In this document: piece by piece, positions 30,157-40,409 of the stretch
How positions within the stretch are numbered: position 1 is the first letter of the stretch
Layout of the letters: each line of letters opens with the position of its first letter
DNA from: an uncultured Gemmatimonadales bacterium
GTDB lineage: Bacteria > Gemmatimonadota > Gemmatimonadetes > Longimicrobiales > RSA9
Assembly (NCBI GenBank): GCA_963708135.1
Contig: OY970192.1
Coordinates: 4,800,001-4,864,000, forward strand
Length of the DNA: 64,000 nt
Direction of reading: 5' to 3'
Position numbers and translations under genes: made by a program
The notes under the pieces: model-generated
What the model saw: only the letters and a program-made list of their open reading frames with translations
The model's database searches: none
Told to the model about the DNA's origin: nothing

Positions 30157-31353
30157 TCACTCGACAGGCAGCGCCACCGAGAACGTGCTGCCGTTGCCGA
30201 GCTCGGATTCGGCCCAGATGCGTCCGCGATGGGCCTCCACGATCAGGCGCGCGATGTAGAGCCCGAGCCCCATGCCCTCGACGCGCGAGCCCGGATCGAC
30301 GCGGTAGAAGCGCTGGAACAGCCTGGAGAGGCTTTCCGGCGAAAGGCCGGCCCCGCGGTCTGTCACGGACAGGATGAGCTCGCCCCCGCGCTCGCGGAGC
30401 CGCACCGTGACCGGAGCGTCGGGCGGCGAATACTTGAGCGCGTTGGTGATCAGGTTCATGATCACGCGCTCGAAGCGCTCGTGATCGACAAAGACGCGGA
30501 CCCGGCTGTCGCCGGCCTCGAGGAGGATGCGGGACCGGGAGGCGGGCGCGGGGAGTTGCGCCAGGACGTTCAGGGTCAGCGCCCGCAGGAACGCCGGCTC
30601 CTTGCGGAGCTGCAGCGTCCCCGATTCCAGGCGGGTGGACTCGACCAGGTCATCGATCATGGCGGCCATCTGCTTCGCCGCGTACTCGATTCGCTCCATC
30701 CACAGCGCGGCCCTGCCCGTCGCGTCACTCGCGGGGACCATCCGGAGCAGCTCCGCGTATCCGATGATGCTGGTGAGCGGGGCGCGCAGGTCATGCGCGG
30801 TGAGCGCGATGTAGTCCGAGCGCAGCTCGTCGAGCTGCCGCTTGGCCGTGACCTCGTAGAGTACCAGAATCGCCAGGCTCATCCCGTCGCCCTCACGGTC
30901 CTCGATCGCGCTGCCGTTGAACGAGAACCGGGCCACCTCGCCGCCGGCGCGGAGCAGACGCAGCTCGAGGTCGGCGAAGCGCTCGCCCCGAAGGAGCCGC
31001 TCGAAGGGGTGGTCGCCGGCCGCAAGCGCGGAGCCATCCGGGCATCGCAGGTCGAGCTCCCGGAATCGTGCGGCCAATTCGGCGTCAGTCACAGCGGGCA
31101 GGCCCAGCATCTGGTGGGCCGGCGCATTGGCCATCACGACGGTACCCGTTCCGTCGAGGACGAGAACACCCGCGGCCTGGCTCGTGATCAGGTCGCCGAT
31201 GCGCCGGGAGCGATCGCGCGACTGCTCGGCCAGCTCGAGCTGCCGCAGACCGGCGAGCAGGAGCTGCTCGTTGGCCGCGCGGATCTGATCGCTGAGCATG
31301 AAAGGCTGCTCGGGCTCCTGAGCCTGCGGCTCCACAGGGTCTCTTTCTTTCAT
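30157..31353 (-). CDS. PAS-domain sensor histidine kinase
   Basis: AHDLRAPL, NLITNALKY, DRGAG, GMGLGL; ATG 31353 with GGGAG SD. Confidence 0.92.
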   Translation of the reverse strand: MKERDPVEPQAQEPEQPFMLSDQIRAANEQLLLAGLRQLELAEQSRDRSRRIGDLITSQAAGVLVLDGTGTVVMANAPAHQMLGLPAVTDAELAARFRELDLRCPDGSALAAGDHPFERLLRGERFADLELRLLRAGGEVARFSFNGSAIEDREGDGMSLAILVLYEVTAKRQLDELRSDYIALTAHDLRAPLTSIIGYAELLRMVPASDATGRAALWMERIEYAAKQMAAMIDDLVESTRLESGTLQLRKEPAFLRALTLNVLAQLPAPASRSRILLEAGDSRVRVFVDHERFERVIMNLITNALKYSPPDAPVTVRLRERGGELILSVTDRGAGLSPESLSRLFQRFYRVDPGSRVEGMGLGLYIARLIVEAHRGRIWAESELGNGSTFSVALPVE

Positions 31354-31421
31354 CGCTCCCGCGCTCCTTTCCCCTTGCGTAGGTCGAATCGACTGCACCG
31401 GTAACCGGCTGCCGGGCACGG

Positions 31422-33131
31422 CTATGGCTCCTGCGTCGCGTCGCCCGGTTGCGCCTGGTAGTGGTACGTCGGCTCGCCGGCTTCGATGGTCTCGTCGAGG
31501 AAACCCAGGGTGACCAGGTGCTTCAGGATCGGGAGCAGCTTCGCCCGGACGATGCCGGTCTCCCGCTCGAGGGTCTCCGCGGTGGCGTCGCGCAGCTCCA
31601 TGAGCGACTGCAGCACCGCGCTCTCGGGGCCGGTCAGCCCCAGGAACGCCGGAGAGGCCACGGCGCCACGCTGGACCGGCACGCCGGTGACGATCCCGTC
31701 ATAGCCGCGCAGCACGCCATCCATGACCAGTCCTCCGGGCGTGATCTGGTAGAGGCGAAGCGCGCGGCTGTGCCCGCTGCGCCGCATCTTCACGACGCCG
31801 ATCACGCTCTGGATGTGCCCGTTCAGCTCGACGAAGCGCTGCATAACGATGTCGTCGGTGAGGAACGAGACGGCGTGCGCGGTGAAGCGCGGGGGCGCGA
31901 ACGCCTCGGCCACCTCGGCGGTCATGACCACCGTGACCCCGAGACCGGTGAGTGTCGCGATCATGCGGTAGAGCGATTGGCGCATCTCGCCACTTTCCGT
32001 CACCGCCAGCCCCACCTCGAACCCCGAGAGCGAGTCCATGACGACACGCGTGGCGCCCAGCTTGAGGACGGACTCCTGCAGCTCCTGCAGCACCTCATCC
32101 ACGGAAAGGTCCAGGGGACGGAGTCGCAGGAGGCGGAGCCGCCCTTGCGCGATCATCGCCTCGAGATCGACGCCGAGCATCCGGGCGCGCAGCAGGTACT
32201 CTTCGGGGTACTCCTCGAACATGGCGATCACGCCCGATTCGCCGCGCTGCAGCCCGTCGATCATGAACTGCATGCCGACGAGCGTCTTGCCCGAGCCCGC
32301 CGGGCCCGTCACCAGCACGGCATCGCCGGCGGGAATCCCGCCGCCCATCATCTCGTCCAGGCCCCGGATGCCCGTGGACAGCCGCTCCGAGCTTTGCCTC
32401 GCCTCGGGTCGGACCGGCACCTCGCCGATACGCGGGAAGACGCGCACGCCATCTCCGCTGATGCGGAACGGGTGCAGCCCGGGAATGGACGCCCGACCCC
32501 GCATCTTGACCGCCTGCAGCTTGCGCACGCTGGCGTTGCCCTCCGCCTTCTGGAACATCCAGATGATGCCGTCGGCGACGGTGAAGATGGGGTTGTCGTG
32601 CACCTCGGCTTCCGAGTACTCCCCCACCAGGAAGGACGTGACCTGACGATTCGTGAGCTGGATGGCCAGCCGCTGGAGGAAGCTCTGCGGGTCCGGCTCG
32701 GCACTGGCACCCCGCCCGGCGGCTCGCAACACGGTGCGGAAGGAGTCTACCACCACCAGGCTGGGCTCCGTCATCTCGACCTCCTGCACGATGCGCTCGA
32801 GCACCTGTCGCAGGTTCTGCTCGAGGGCCAGGTCGCTGAGGTTCACCAGGCGGATCGCCTTGCCTACCGCCTCCACGTCGAAGAAGGAGAACTGCTGCTG
32901 GTAGCGCAGCATCTTGAGCGTCGGCTCGCCCAGCACCGTGAAGTAGAGCGCGGGCCGCTCCGGCGTGGCGTTGGCGAACAGGATCTGCTGCACCAGCGTG
33001 GTCTTGCCCGTGCCCGGCTCGCCCGCGATGAGATTGAACGAGTACTCGGGAATCCCGCCGCCCAGGACCTGGTCCAGGCCTGGCACGCCGGTGGCGAGTC
33101 CACGGATGGACACACCGGTCTTTTCGGTCAT
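31422..33131 (-). CDS. KaiC-like double RecA-domain ATPase with C-terminal winged-helix-like extension
   Basis: Two Walker A motifs (GEPGTGKT, GPAGSGKT), VVDS/VMDS, KMRG/KMRR motifs. Confidence 0.9.
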   Translation of the reverse strand: MTEKTGVSIRGLATGVPGLDQVLGGGIPEYSFNLIAGEPGTGKTTLVQQILFANATPERPALYFTVLGEPTLKMLRYQQQFSFFDVEAVGKAIRLVNLSDLALEQNLRQVLERIVQEVEMTEPSLVVVDSFRTVLRAAGRGASAEPDPQSFLQRLAIQLTNRQVTSFLVGEYSEAEVHDNPIFTVADGIIWMFQKAEGNASVRKLQAVKMRGRASIPGLHPFRISGDGVRVFPRIGEVPVRPEARQSSERLSTGIRGLDEMMGGGIPAGDAVLVTGPAGSGKTLVGMQFMIDGLQRGESGVIAMFEEYPEEYLLRARMLGVDLEAMIAQGRLRLLRLRPLDLSVDEVLQELQESVLKLGATRVVMDSLSGFEVGLAVTESGEMRQSLYRMIATLTGLGVTVVMTAEVAEAFAPPRFTAHAVSFLTDDIVMQRFVELNGHIQSVIGVVKMRRSGHSRALRLYQITPGGLVMDGVLRGYDGIVTGVPVQRGAVASPAFLGLTGPESAVLQSLMELRDATAETLERETGIVRAKLLPILKHLVTLGFLDETIEAGEPTYHYQAQPGDATQEP

Positions 33132-33568
33132 CCTGTCTCCCTCTCGCGAGCTGCCGGGTCATCACCCGGGAGATCGGGCCGCGCCGGTTGGATGAGCTGC
33201 GTGGTCAGGGGCTCGCCCAGGAACGTGAAGAGGAGCCCGATCAGCTGGGCGCATACCGCGTGGAGCGCCTCGCCGGCTTCGCGCGCCTCGCGCCCGGCGA
33301 GCGCCGCGCGGGCGTCGTCCAGCGAACGCGGGCGGCTCGCGCCGTCCGCGAGGAACGCGAAGCGTCGGCCGGCCAGGTCCAGGGCGCGCGCCTCGAGGGC
33401 CGCGAACCCCTCGTCACCGAGCACGCGCGACAGGTCATGGCGCAGCCGCTGCAGCACGCGCTCGGTCGCGGGCAGGAGGTCCGCGACCGCGAGGCGGTCG
33501 TTGGCCTCGTGCTCGATCAGGCGACGAGCCAGCCCGTTCGCAGCGGGGGGAGGATCGGGCGACTCCAC
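33128..33568 (-). CDS. Hypothetical helical protein coupled to the KaiC-like ATPase
   Basis: LSRVLGDEGFAALEARAL...LLFTFLGEPLT; ATGA overlap; start GTG approximate. Confidence 0.7.
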   Translation of the reverse strand: MESPDPPPAANGLARRLIEHEANDRLAVADLLPATERVLQRLRHDLSRVLGDEGFAALEARALDLAGRRFAFLADGASRPRSLDDARAALAGREAREAGEALHAVCAQLIGLLFTFLGEPLTTQLIQPARPDLPGDDPAARERETG

Positions 33569-33600
33569 GGCCCTCCGCTCGGGTCCTGCCCACCCGCTCC

Positions 33601-35396
33601 TCACGGCGGGCTCCCGTCCGCGGGAACCGCGGACACCCGCCCCGCCGGCGCCGGGTGCTCGAGCTGTTGCTGTCGTTGCGGCTCGATCTGCAGGTCGCGG
33701 CCGTACACATCGTGCAGGAAGCGCACGGTGCCGTCCTCGTCGACCCAGACGGTGAAGTAGAGGATGTAGACCGGAACGCCCTCGCGGAACTTGATCGGGG
33801 TTTCCACACCCGTCGCCAGGATGGCCTCGAGCTGCTCCGGGGGCGTGCCCGTGACGCGCTCCATGAGCAGCCGCGCCAGCTCCTTCGGCTTCTCCAGCCG
33901 GATGCAGCCGTGGCTGAAGGCGCGGTCGGTGAGCGAGAAGAGCTGGCCCGCCGGCGTGTCGTGCAGGTAGATGTTGTCGTTGTTCGGCAGCATGAACTTG
34001 AGCTGGCCCAGCGCGTTGTCGGGTCCCGGCCGCTGCCGGAAGCGGTAGGCGCCCGGCCTGGTGAGGTCCACCGAGGAGGCGTCTACCACGCGCTCCCGCT
34101 TCACCACGTCCATGTGGTGGGCGACGAGGTAGCCGGGATCGCGCCGGATTCCCGGCACCACCTCGTCCGCCGCGATCGACGGCGGCACGTTCCACGAGGG
34201 GTTCACGATCAGCGAGGTCATGGTGTCGGCGAAGAGCGGCGTCTTCCACCCCTGCTTGCCGACGACGACGTGCATGACCTCACTGGGATGGCCGCCCTCG
34301 ATCATCTCGAGCTGGAAGCCCGCCACGTTGACGACGATGTAGCGCTCGCCCAGGTCACGCGGCAGCCAGCGCCAGCGGTCCAGGTTCAGCCGCAGGTCGG
34401 CGATCCGGTCGGCCACGGTGTAATTGAGTTCCCGCAGCGTGAGCGCACCCAACGCGCCGTCCTCGTCGATGCCGTTGCGGCTCTGGAAGTGCACGAGCGC
34501 GGCGCGCAGGCTGTCGTCGAAGACGTCGGGACGCGCCACGCCGAGGCGCGCCAGACGGGATTCGCCGCTGTCCGCCGGGACCAGCAGGCGCTGGCGCAGC
34601 GCCACGATCGTGGCGCCGCCGTGCTGGCCGGCCCGCGGCCGGCGCGCGGGCGGCGGAACCTGCGGCCAGCCGCCGCTCGCCTCCAGAACGCGGTAGCGCG
34701 CCAGCGCCTGCACCAGCCGGCCGTAGTAGGGCGCCACGGGCCGCAGCCGCGCCAGCAGCGAATCGACCGGCTCGGTGCGCACGGCCTTGAGGACGTCCAG
34801 CTCGAGCGTCGTGTCGCGCGGGATGCGCCAGCTCAGCCCGGTCTTCTGCGGGTCCACGGTCCCCTGGATCAGGTCGCGGGCGTAGCGGCCGAAGCCTTCC
34901 GTGAGCACGAGGTCCAGCTGCCCCAGCAGCGCGGCCCGCGCCGCGGAACTCAGCTTCGTCGAATCCAGGCGCACGACCATCGCATGGGCATGTCCAGCCC
35001 GTACGAGCGCGGGTCCAGGCCGTCCTCGGCCGCCCGCCCGATCGCGGCGTAGATCTCCTGTCCCTTCGGCAGCAACACCTCGCCGTCGGTCCAGGCGCTC
35101 CGGTACAGGCGCCAGCGGTAGAAATGTCGTGTGGGCTCGCTGATATGGAGCGTGTCCGCGGCCGAGAAGCGGACCATCGACTCCCGCGGCACGCTCGCGA
35201 GCAGCGCTGTCACCCGCCGCAGGAGCCCGCCGCTCCCCTGCTCCTCGACCGAGCGCGCCGCGGCTCTCGTCCGCGCCTGGTCGGCACACCCGGAGAGCCC
35301 CGGTATCAGCGTGAGCAGCAGGGCCGCGACCACGAGCCCGCACCGTCTACCGTTCTGCCGCTTCAATCGCTTCCCCTTCCCCTGTGATGTCAGCAT
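33601..35396 (-). pseudogene. L,D-transpeptidase (YcbB/LdtD-like) lipoprotein, frameshifted at about 34990
   Basis: Lipobox LSGC and EDGLDPRSY in one frame; PG-binding domain, NPSWNVP, YLHDTP, SHGCIR in another; a single missing base explains the break. Confidence 0.85.
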
Positions 35397-35476
35397 CCAG
35401 CTATTCGTGCAGGCTGCGATCGGTATGGAAACGGGTCGAAGACCTCGTGCACGCCCCGGATCCGGCCGCTCGAGGC

Positions 35477-36340
35477 TCATCCCCGGGCGTCTACCCGGAA
35501 GTGCAGCGTGTCTCGAAGGTTCTGCAGCGTCCTGTAGTAGTAGAGCGGCGTCGGACGCCGGCCATCGAACTTCAACCCTTTCAGGAATCGCACCTCCTCC
35601 TCCGTCACGCTGGCGCTGAGGCCGGGATCGGTGAGGAACTCCTTCAGCCCCTCCTCCAGCACCACCTCCTCCGGCTCCCGCTCCACGAACCCGAACTGCT
35701 TCACGTGACCGGGGCTGACCGGATGGTTCAGCACTATCGTCAGGTCGAACGTCGCCAGGTCGATGTCCCACGAGTCGATCAGCGGCTCCAGGAACCAGAG
35801 GCACTCGTCCACGGAGAGCCGGAAGATGTCCGTCTCCAGGAAGGCCACCACCACACCCCGCATCTCCTCCTGCGTCCGCCCGCTCTCCCGAGCCACCATG
35901 CGCAGCCAGTACGCATTGTCGATCTCCTCCCGCGCTACCCACTTCGCGACATCCAGCAGCTTCTGCGTGACCAGCCGCTCCAGCTCCCCGAACGGCTGCT
36001 TCTCGAAGATCGACCGCACGGCGTGCACCCGGTTCCGGTTGCACTTGCGCAGGATCAGCTCGCGCACCTCCTCGAAGAGCGGCGCCGGGCCCTCGCCCAG
36101 CGCGCGCCTCAACTCTTCCTTGCGCTGCAGGTCCGCCAGCCGCGCCAGGTCGCCCGCCGGCAGCTTGAGGAACGCCTCCATCTTCCCATAGATGTCCGTC
36201 CGCGCCGGCACCGGCGGCGCCTTGCGCCGGGTCAGCAACTGAGACACATAGGACTCGGTCACCTCCGCCGCCCGGGCGAGGTCCTTCTGTTCCAGCCCCA
36301 GCTCCTTCAGTTGACGCCGGATGAGCAGCGACACGTCCAC
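35477..36340 (-). CDS. XRE-family HTH transcriptional regulator
   Basis: LGLEQKDLARAAEVTESYVSQLL N-terminal HTH. Confidence 0.85.
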   Translation of the reverse strand: MDVSLLIRRQLKELGLEQKDLARAAEVTESYVSQLLTRRKAPPVPARTDIYGKMEAFLKLPAGDLARLADLQRKEELRRALGEGPAPLFEEVRELILRKCNRNRVHAVRSIFEKQPFGELERLVTQKLLDVAKWVAREEIDNAYWLRMVARESGRTQEEMRGVVVAFLETDIFRLSVDECLWFLEPLIDSWDIDLATFDLTIVLNHPVSPGHVKQFGFVEREPEEVVLEEGLKEFLTDPGLSASVTEEEVRFLKGLKFDGRRPTPLYYYRTLQNLRDTLHFRVDARG

Positions 36341-36369
36341 TTCAGCCGTTCGGCAAAGGGGGAGGCTCG

Positions 36370-36441
36370 CTTAACTCAGCCAAGTTAACCATACCCGGCC
36401 CGAAGGGCAATGGCTTCGGTTCACTTGACAAGTAAAGTGAA
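36370..36441. promoter_or_regulatory. Divergent promoter region with nested palindromes
   Basis: TTCACTT..AAGTGAA (36420-36441) enclosing ACTTGACAAGT with a perfect TTGACA; TTAACT..AGTTAA near 36371-36388. Confidence 0.5.
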
Positions 36442-36460
36442 ATGCACTAACTCAATTCCT

Positions 36461-37768
36461 ATGCGCAAGCCTACGTCGTCGGTCGAGCTGCCGGGCAGTC
36501 CCACGCCGCCGGCCGGGCAGGTGTCCGTGCCGCCCGCGGGGCCGCCGGCGCGCGGGCCGGCGGTGGCCGGACCCCGCGGGTTGGCGGGTCCGCCGGCGGA
36601 GGGGGAGCGTCGCGGCCGGGTGCTGGGGTGGCGGAGCCGCGATGTGCTGCGCGCGACGGCGCTGGTGAGCGGTTTCCTGCTGGCGTTGGTGGTACTGTGG
36701 GTGGCGCGGGAGATCTTCCTGACGGCGTTCCTGGGGATCCTCCTGGGGCTGGCGGTGGGCGCGGGCGCGACGCAGCTCGCGCGGTTGCGCATCCCGCGGG
36801 GGGTGGGTGCCCCGCTGGTGGTGTTCAGCTTCCTGGCGGCGCTCTACGGGGTGGGGGCAGCGATCGCGCCCACGCTGCAGGAGCAGGGGGTGCTGCTGCG
36901 GACGCAGGTTCCGGAAGCGGTGGATCGCATCCAGGGCTGGCTGAACGCCCGCCCGAGCTTCGCCGCGCTGCTGCTGCCGGACCGGCCGGGCGGGGAGCCG
37001 CGCGCCGCCGCGGCGGAGGCGGGCGCCGCGCCGCCCCCGTCCAGCCCGGCCGGGCCGGCTGGGCCTACGGTGGGCGAGCGGGTGATGTCACAGTTTCGGG
37101 GCGCGCTGCACTACCTCTTCCCCTTCCTGTCTTCGGCGGTCTCGGTGGCCGTGGGAGTGTTCCTGATCGTGGTGCTGGCGATCTACGTCGGGGCCGATCC
37201 CGGGCTGTACCACACCGGCCTGATGCACCTCTTTCCGCACCGGGCGCGGGAGCAGGGGGGCGAGGTGCTCACGCGGATCGCGACGGTGCTGCGCAGGTGG
37301 CTCGTGACTCAGCTTCTGGCGATGCTGGTGATCGGGGTGGTGAGCACGATCGCCCTCTCCATGCTGCAGGTGAAGGCGGCCGTCGCACTGGGTGTGATCG
37401 CGGGGCTGCTCGAGTTCGTGCCGACGGTGGGGCCGATCATGGCGGCCGTCCCCGCGGTGGCCATGGGCTTTCTCGATTCGCCCGAGAAGGCGCTCTCCGT
37501 GGCACTGGCGTACCTGATCATTCAGCAGCTCGAGGGGCACCTGCTCATCCCCATGCTGATGAAGGAAGGGATGGACCTGCCGCCGGCGCTCACGATCGTG
37601 ACGCAGGGGGTCATGGCGTTGCTGTTCGGGTTCCTGGGGTTGATGGTCGCCGTCCCGCTGCTGGCGACGGTGATCGTGCCGATCAAGCTGCTGTACGTGC
37701 AGGGCGTGGTGGGCGACGCCGTATACGAAGATGAAGAGGAGCAGGCGATCGGACTGGCCGGCGCCTGA
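36461..37768 (+). CDS. AI-2E family (PerM-like) transporter
   Basis: GLLEFVPTVGP, QQLEGHLLIPMLM, GFLGLMVAVPL; start uncertain. Confidence 0.9.
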   Translation: MRKPTSSVELPGSPTPPAGQVSVPPAGPPARGPAVAGPRGLAGPPAEGERRGRVLGWRSRDVLRATALVSGFLLALVVLWVAREIFLTAFLGILLGLAVGAGATQLARLRIPRGVGAPLVVFSFLAALYGVGAAIAPTLQEQGVLLRTQVPEAVDRIQGWLNARPSFAALLLPDRPGGEPRAAAAEAGAAPPPSSPAGPAGPTVGERVMSQFRGALHYLFPFLSSAVSVAVGVFLIVVLAIYVGADPGLYHTGLMHLFPHRAREQGGEVLTRIATVLRRWLVTQLLAMLVIGVVSTIALSMLQVKAAVALGVIAGLLEFVPTVGPIMAAVPAVAMGFLDSPEKALSVALAYLIIQQLEGHLLIPMLMKEGMDLPPALTIVTQGVMALLFGFLGLMVAVPLLATVIVPIKLLYVQGVVGDAVYEDEEEQAIGLAGA

Positions 37769-37914
37769 CGACACGCTGCGTCTGCCCCGGCGGCCGGGGT
37801 CGGAGACCGGCTCTCGCCGGGATCAGTATCGCGGCCGCGTTCCATCGGTTGCGTGCCATGCAGGTCCACGGTGGCAGGTTCCGGGCCTGGAGAGCGGCGA
37901 CCGCGCGGGGTCCG

Positions 37915-38288
37915 CTACGGCCTGCCGTGACAGAGCTTGAACTTCCTGCCGCCGCCGCACGGGCAGGGCTCGTTGCGGCCGATGTCGTCCGCCTGGAAAC
38001 TGGCGTCCTCCGCGGCGAGCAGCTGCATGATCTCGGTCGGCGCGCGAAGTGGTCGCGCGCGTAGACGTCGCCGTTGTGATCGGGCGCCAGCGCGTTGCCG
38101 CAGGTCTCGGCGAGGATGCAGCGGCGGCGGCGACGACCGCGACCACCCGCGCCGTCTGCGCGTGCATCCGGGTCTCGCCGGATCTCCGCGTAGACCGAGA
38201 TATCGAACCGGAGCACGCGCAGCATCCGCTGCCAGACGACTCCTGAGCCAGTGCGCGCTCCCGATGTGCTCACCGCGGGCGATCGCAT
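37915..38288 (-). pseudogene. Mosaic remnant: YIP1-like 5' end joined to two pieces of an anaerobic sulfatase maturase-like gene with SEC-C motif
   Basis: RMLRVLRFDISVYAEIRRDP; CILAETCGNALAPDHNGDVYARDHF; RAPTEIMQ...GRNEPCPCGGGRKFKLCHG*. Confidence 0.65.
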
Positions 38289-38326
38289 GTCTCCGCCGTC
38301 CGCCCGCGGTCCGCCGCCCGGGCGGC

Positions 38327-39916
38327 TTATTGCGCCGCCGGCCGGTTGCTGCCGTCGAGGACGATGAAGCGCGGGTTGAGCATCTTTGTCGGCTCCGGCC
38401 CCGCGGTCGAGCCGGGATTCACGTAGTTGCGCTGGATGACCTTGATGATGTCTCCCGTGGGCACCAGCTTCCGTGGGACCTCGGTACAATGCTCGAGGCC
38501 GGTGCAGTCCCGCGCGATGTAGTAGACATAGAAGTAGCGGGCGTCGTGCTGGAGTGCGCCCGCGAACGGCGCGGCCGTCCCGTCGAGAGCATTGTCGGAA
38601 ATGTTCTTGACGCCGACGAGCTGGGGGAACCAGTTGACGGAGAGGCTCACGTAGGTGGCGTTCCCCGTCTCCTTCGCCAGCGTCCCGACCAGAGCGATGA
38701 CCTGACCGTCGTCGATCCGCATCGACGGGCTGATCTGGTAGTCCGCGTCCTGCGTGTCACCCAGGCAGTCCATCGGGCCGCGCGCGGGGTCCGGGTAGCC
38801 CAGGCAGTGCTGGCCCACGAGGTCGAGGTACCTGTATGCGCTGAAGAAAGGGACCGTGTCCGCCTGGGGCTGGTTCCAGTGCGCCCGCACCGCATCGAGG
38901 AGCGCGTTCAGGTCACCCGCCAGCGTGGTCTCGTCGAAGTTCCAGCTCCTCGTCTCGTAGGCGGGGATGGGGAAGCCGCTCGCCGGGTGCGACGGGTTGG
39001 TGTCCCGCACGCGGAGCACCGTGAGCGGAAGCTGCTTGCGCCACTGTTCGCCCGCCGCGTCGTCCGTCGGCATGGCGTAGCGGATGTAGGTGATGAGGTC
39101 ATCGGCGCCGCGGCCCAGTCCCACGCGCACCAGGGAGGGGGAGACCGGCTCGGTGAACACATTGTCGGACGTGGGGACTCCCGCGCGCAGCAACGCCGCC
39201 GTCATTGCGTCCGACATCGCGGCATCGGGCGTGATCACGAAGTAGCGCTGCTGTCCCCAGACGCTGCCGCTCTGCCGCTGGATGATGACGTTGTTGGTGC
39301 TGTTGCCGATGCTCGAGATCATCATCCTGCGCGCCGGGTCCGGCGAGGCGCCGAAGAGAATGCCCTTCAGCAGCGGATCGGCGGCAACCCTCGGAAGGAT
39401 CGGATCGCTCTCGTTGAGGCCTGCCTCGCGGCTGAAGACGTTGGTCCCCATCCCGAAGTACCTCGCCTCGGGCGGGAGGTCTGCCAGGACCACCAGCGCC
39501 TCACGGGCGTCGAGCCGGTAGGTGGCGGACATGCCCCGCTGCGCCTGGGTCAGCACGTGCTGCATGCGCGGATCCACGAACTCCTCCTGCCACTGCGGAA
39601 CCACGGCGAGCGCGTAGGGCGCGGTCGGGTTGTTGCCGTAGCAGTAGCCGAGCGTCTGAAGCGGATACCTGCACTGCTCGATCCCCCACAGCGTCCAGTA
39701 GCCCTGCGCGACCTCGTAGCCCCGGGCTTCGAGATCCGCCTTCAACGCGTCGGCCTTCTGCTGGATGGACGCCGGCAGGTGCATGGCGGTGCCGACATCG
39801 GCGGCAACGGTGCCAGGCGCCTGCTGGGTCGGCGTGAGAGTGGAGTCGTCGGCGCACGCCGCAATGGCGGCGGCGAGAAGGACGGCGGACAGGGTGCCGA
39901 ACAGCCGCGATTTCAT
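38327..39916 (-). CDS. Hypothetical lipoprotein (529 aa)
   Basis: GAGGAGG SD; MKSRLFGTLSAVLLAAAIAAC lipobox; several Cys. Confidence 0.85.
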   Translation of the reverse strand: MKSRLFGTLSAVLLAAAIAACADDSTLTPTQQAPGTVAADVGTAMHLPASIQQKADALKADLEARGYEVAQGYWTLWGIEQCRYPLQTLGYCYGNNPTAPYALAVVPQWQEEFVDPRMQHVLTQAQRGMSATYRLDAREALVVLADLPPEARYFGMGTNVFSREAGLNESDPILPRVAADPLLKGILFGASPDPARRMMISSIGNSTNNVIIQRQSGSVWGQQRYFVITPDAAMSDAMTAALLRAGVPTSDNVFTEPVSPSLVRVGLGRGADDLITYIRYAMPTDDAAGEQWRKQLPLTVLRVRDTNPSHPASGFPIPAYETRSWNFDETTLAGDLNALLDAVRAHWNQPQADTVPFFSAYRYLDLVGQHCLGYPDPARGPMDCLGDTQDADYQISPSMRIDDGQVIALVGTLAKETGNATYVSLSVNWFPQLVGVKNISDNALDGTAAPFAGALQHDARYFYVYYIARDCTGLEHCTEVPRKLVPTGDIIKVIQRNYVNPGSTAGPEPTKMLNPRFIVLDGSNRPAAQ

Positions 39917-39954
39917 GACAGGCCTCCTCGAGGACGAATACCGGCTACGAGTCT

Positions 39955-40042
39955 CCTCGTTCGGCAGCCGGTCGGTCTCCGGGAGGGAGATTCCTGGCGT
40001 TGCGGACCGGCCTTGCAGCCGGGGTGCCCGTTCGGGGGAGCA
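39955..40042 (-). ncRNA. Candidate c-di-GMP-I (GEMM) riboswitch variant
   Basis: GG-GC-ACC-CCGGCU-GCAA-GGCCGG-UCC-GC-AAC-GCC...GGCUGCCGAA matches the GEMM-I layout; about 40 nt upstream of the lipoprotein ATG. Confidence 0.6.
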
Positions 40043-40409
40043 GTGCAGCGTCGCGTCGGTGGGGCTGGCAGCAATCGAGCCCCACGGCCTGGCGCGAGGC
40101 AACCGTGCCCCGCGCCGCGAGTTGCGTCGGCGGGGCACGGCTCGGCGGTGTGCTGGAAGGGGCAATCTGCGACGGCTGCCGCGCCTCCGCCCGCGCCAAG
40201 GTGCGACCGCGGCCGCCTCCGACGCGCCGGTCCGGGGGCGCGGTGGACGACCCGCCCGAGGAGGCGCTGCCGGTGCTGCAGGGCAGGCGCCGGCCGCGCG
40301 CCGGGTGCGCAACTCGCTGCTCGCCGCCCCGCGTGCGGCGCGGGTGTGGAGATCGCGAGCGGATCCACCTACCTTCGAGGATGGACGACGCGACATCGAG
40401 GAGGTGAGC

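Noticed and set aside
31422..33131. Circadian kaiC clock
   Set aside because: No kaiA or kaiB nearby and the ST phosphosite pair is not conserved
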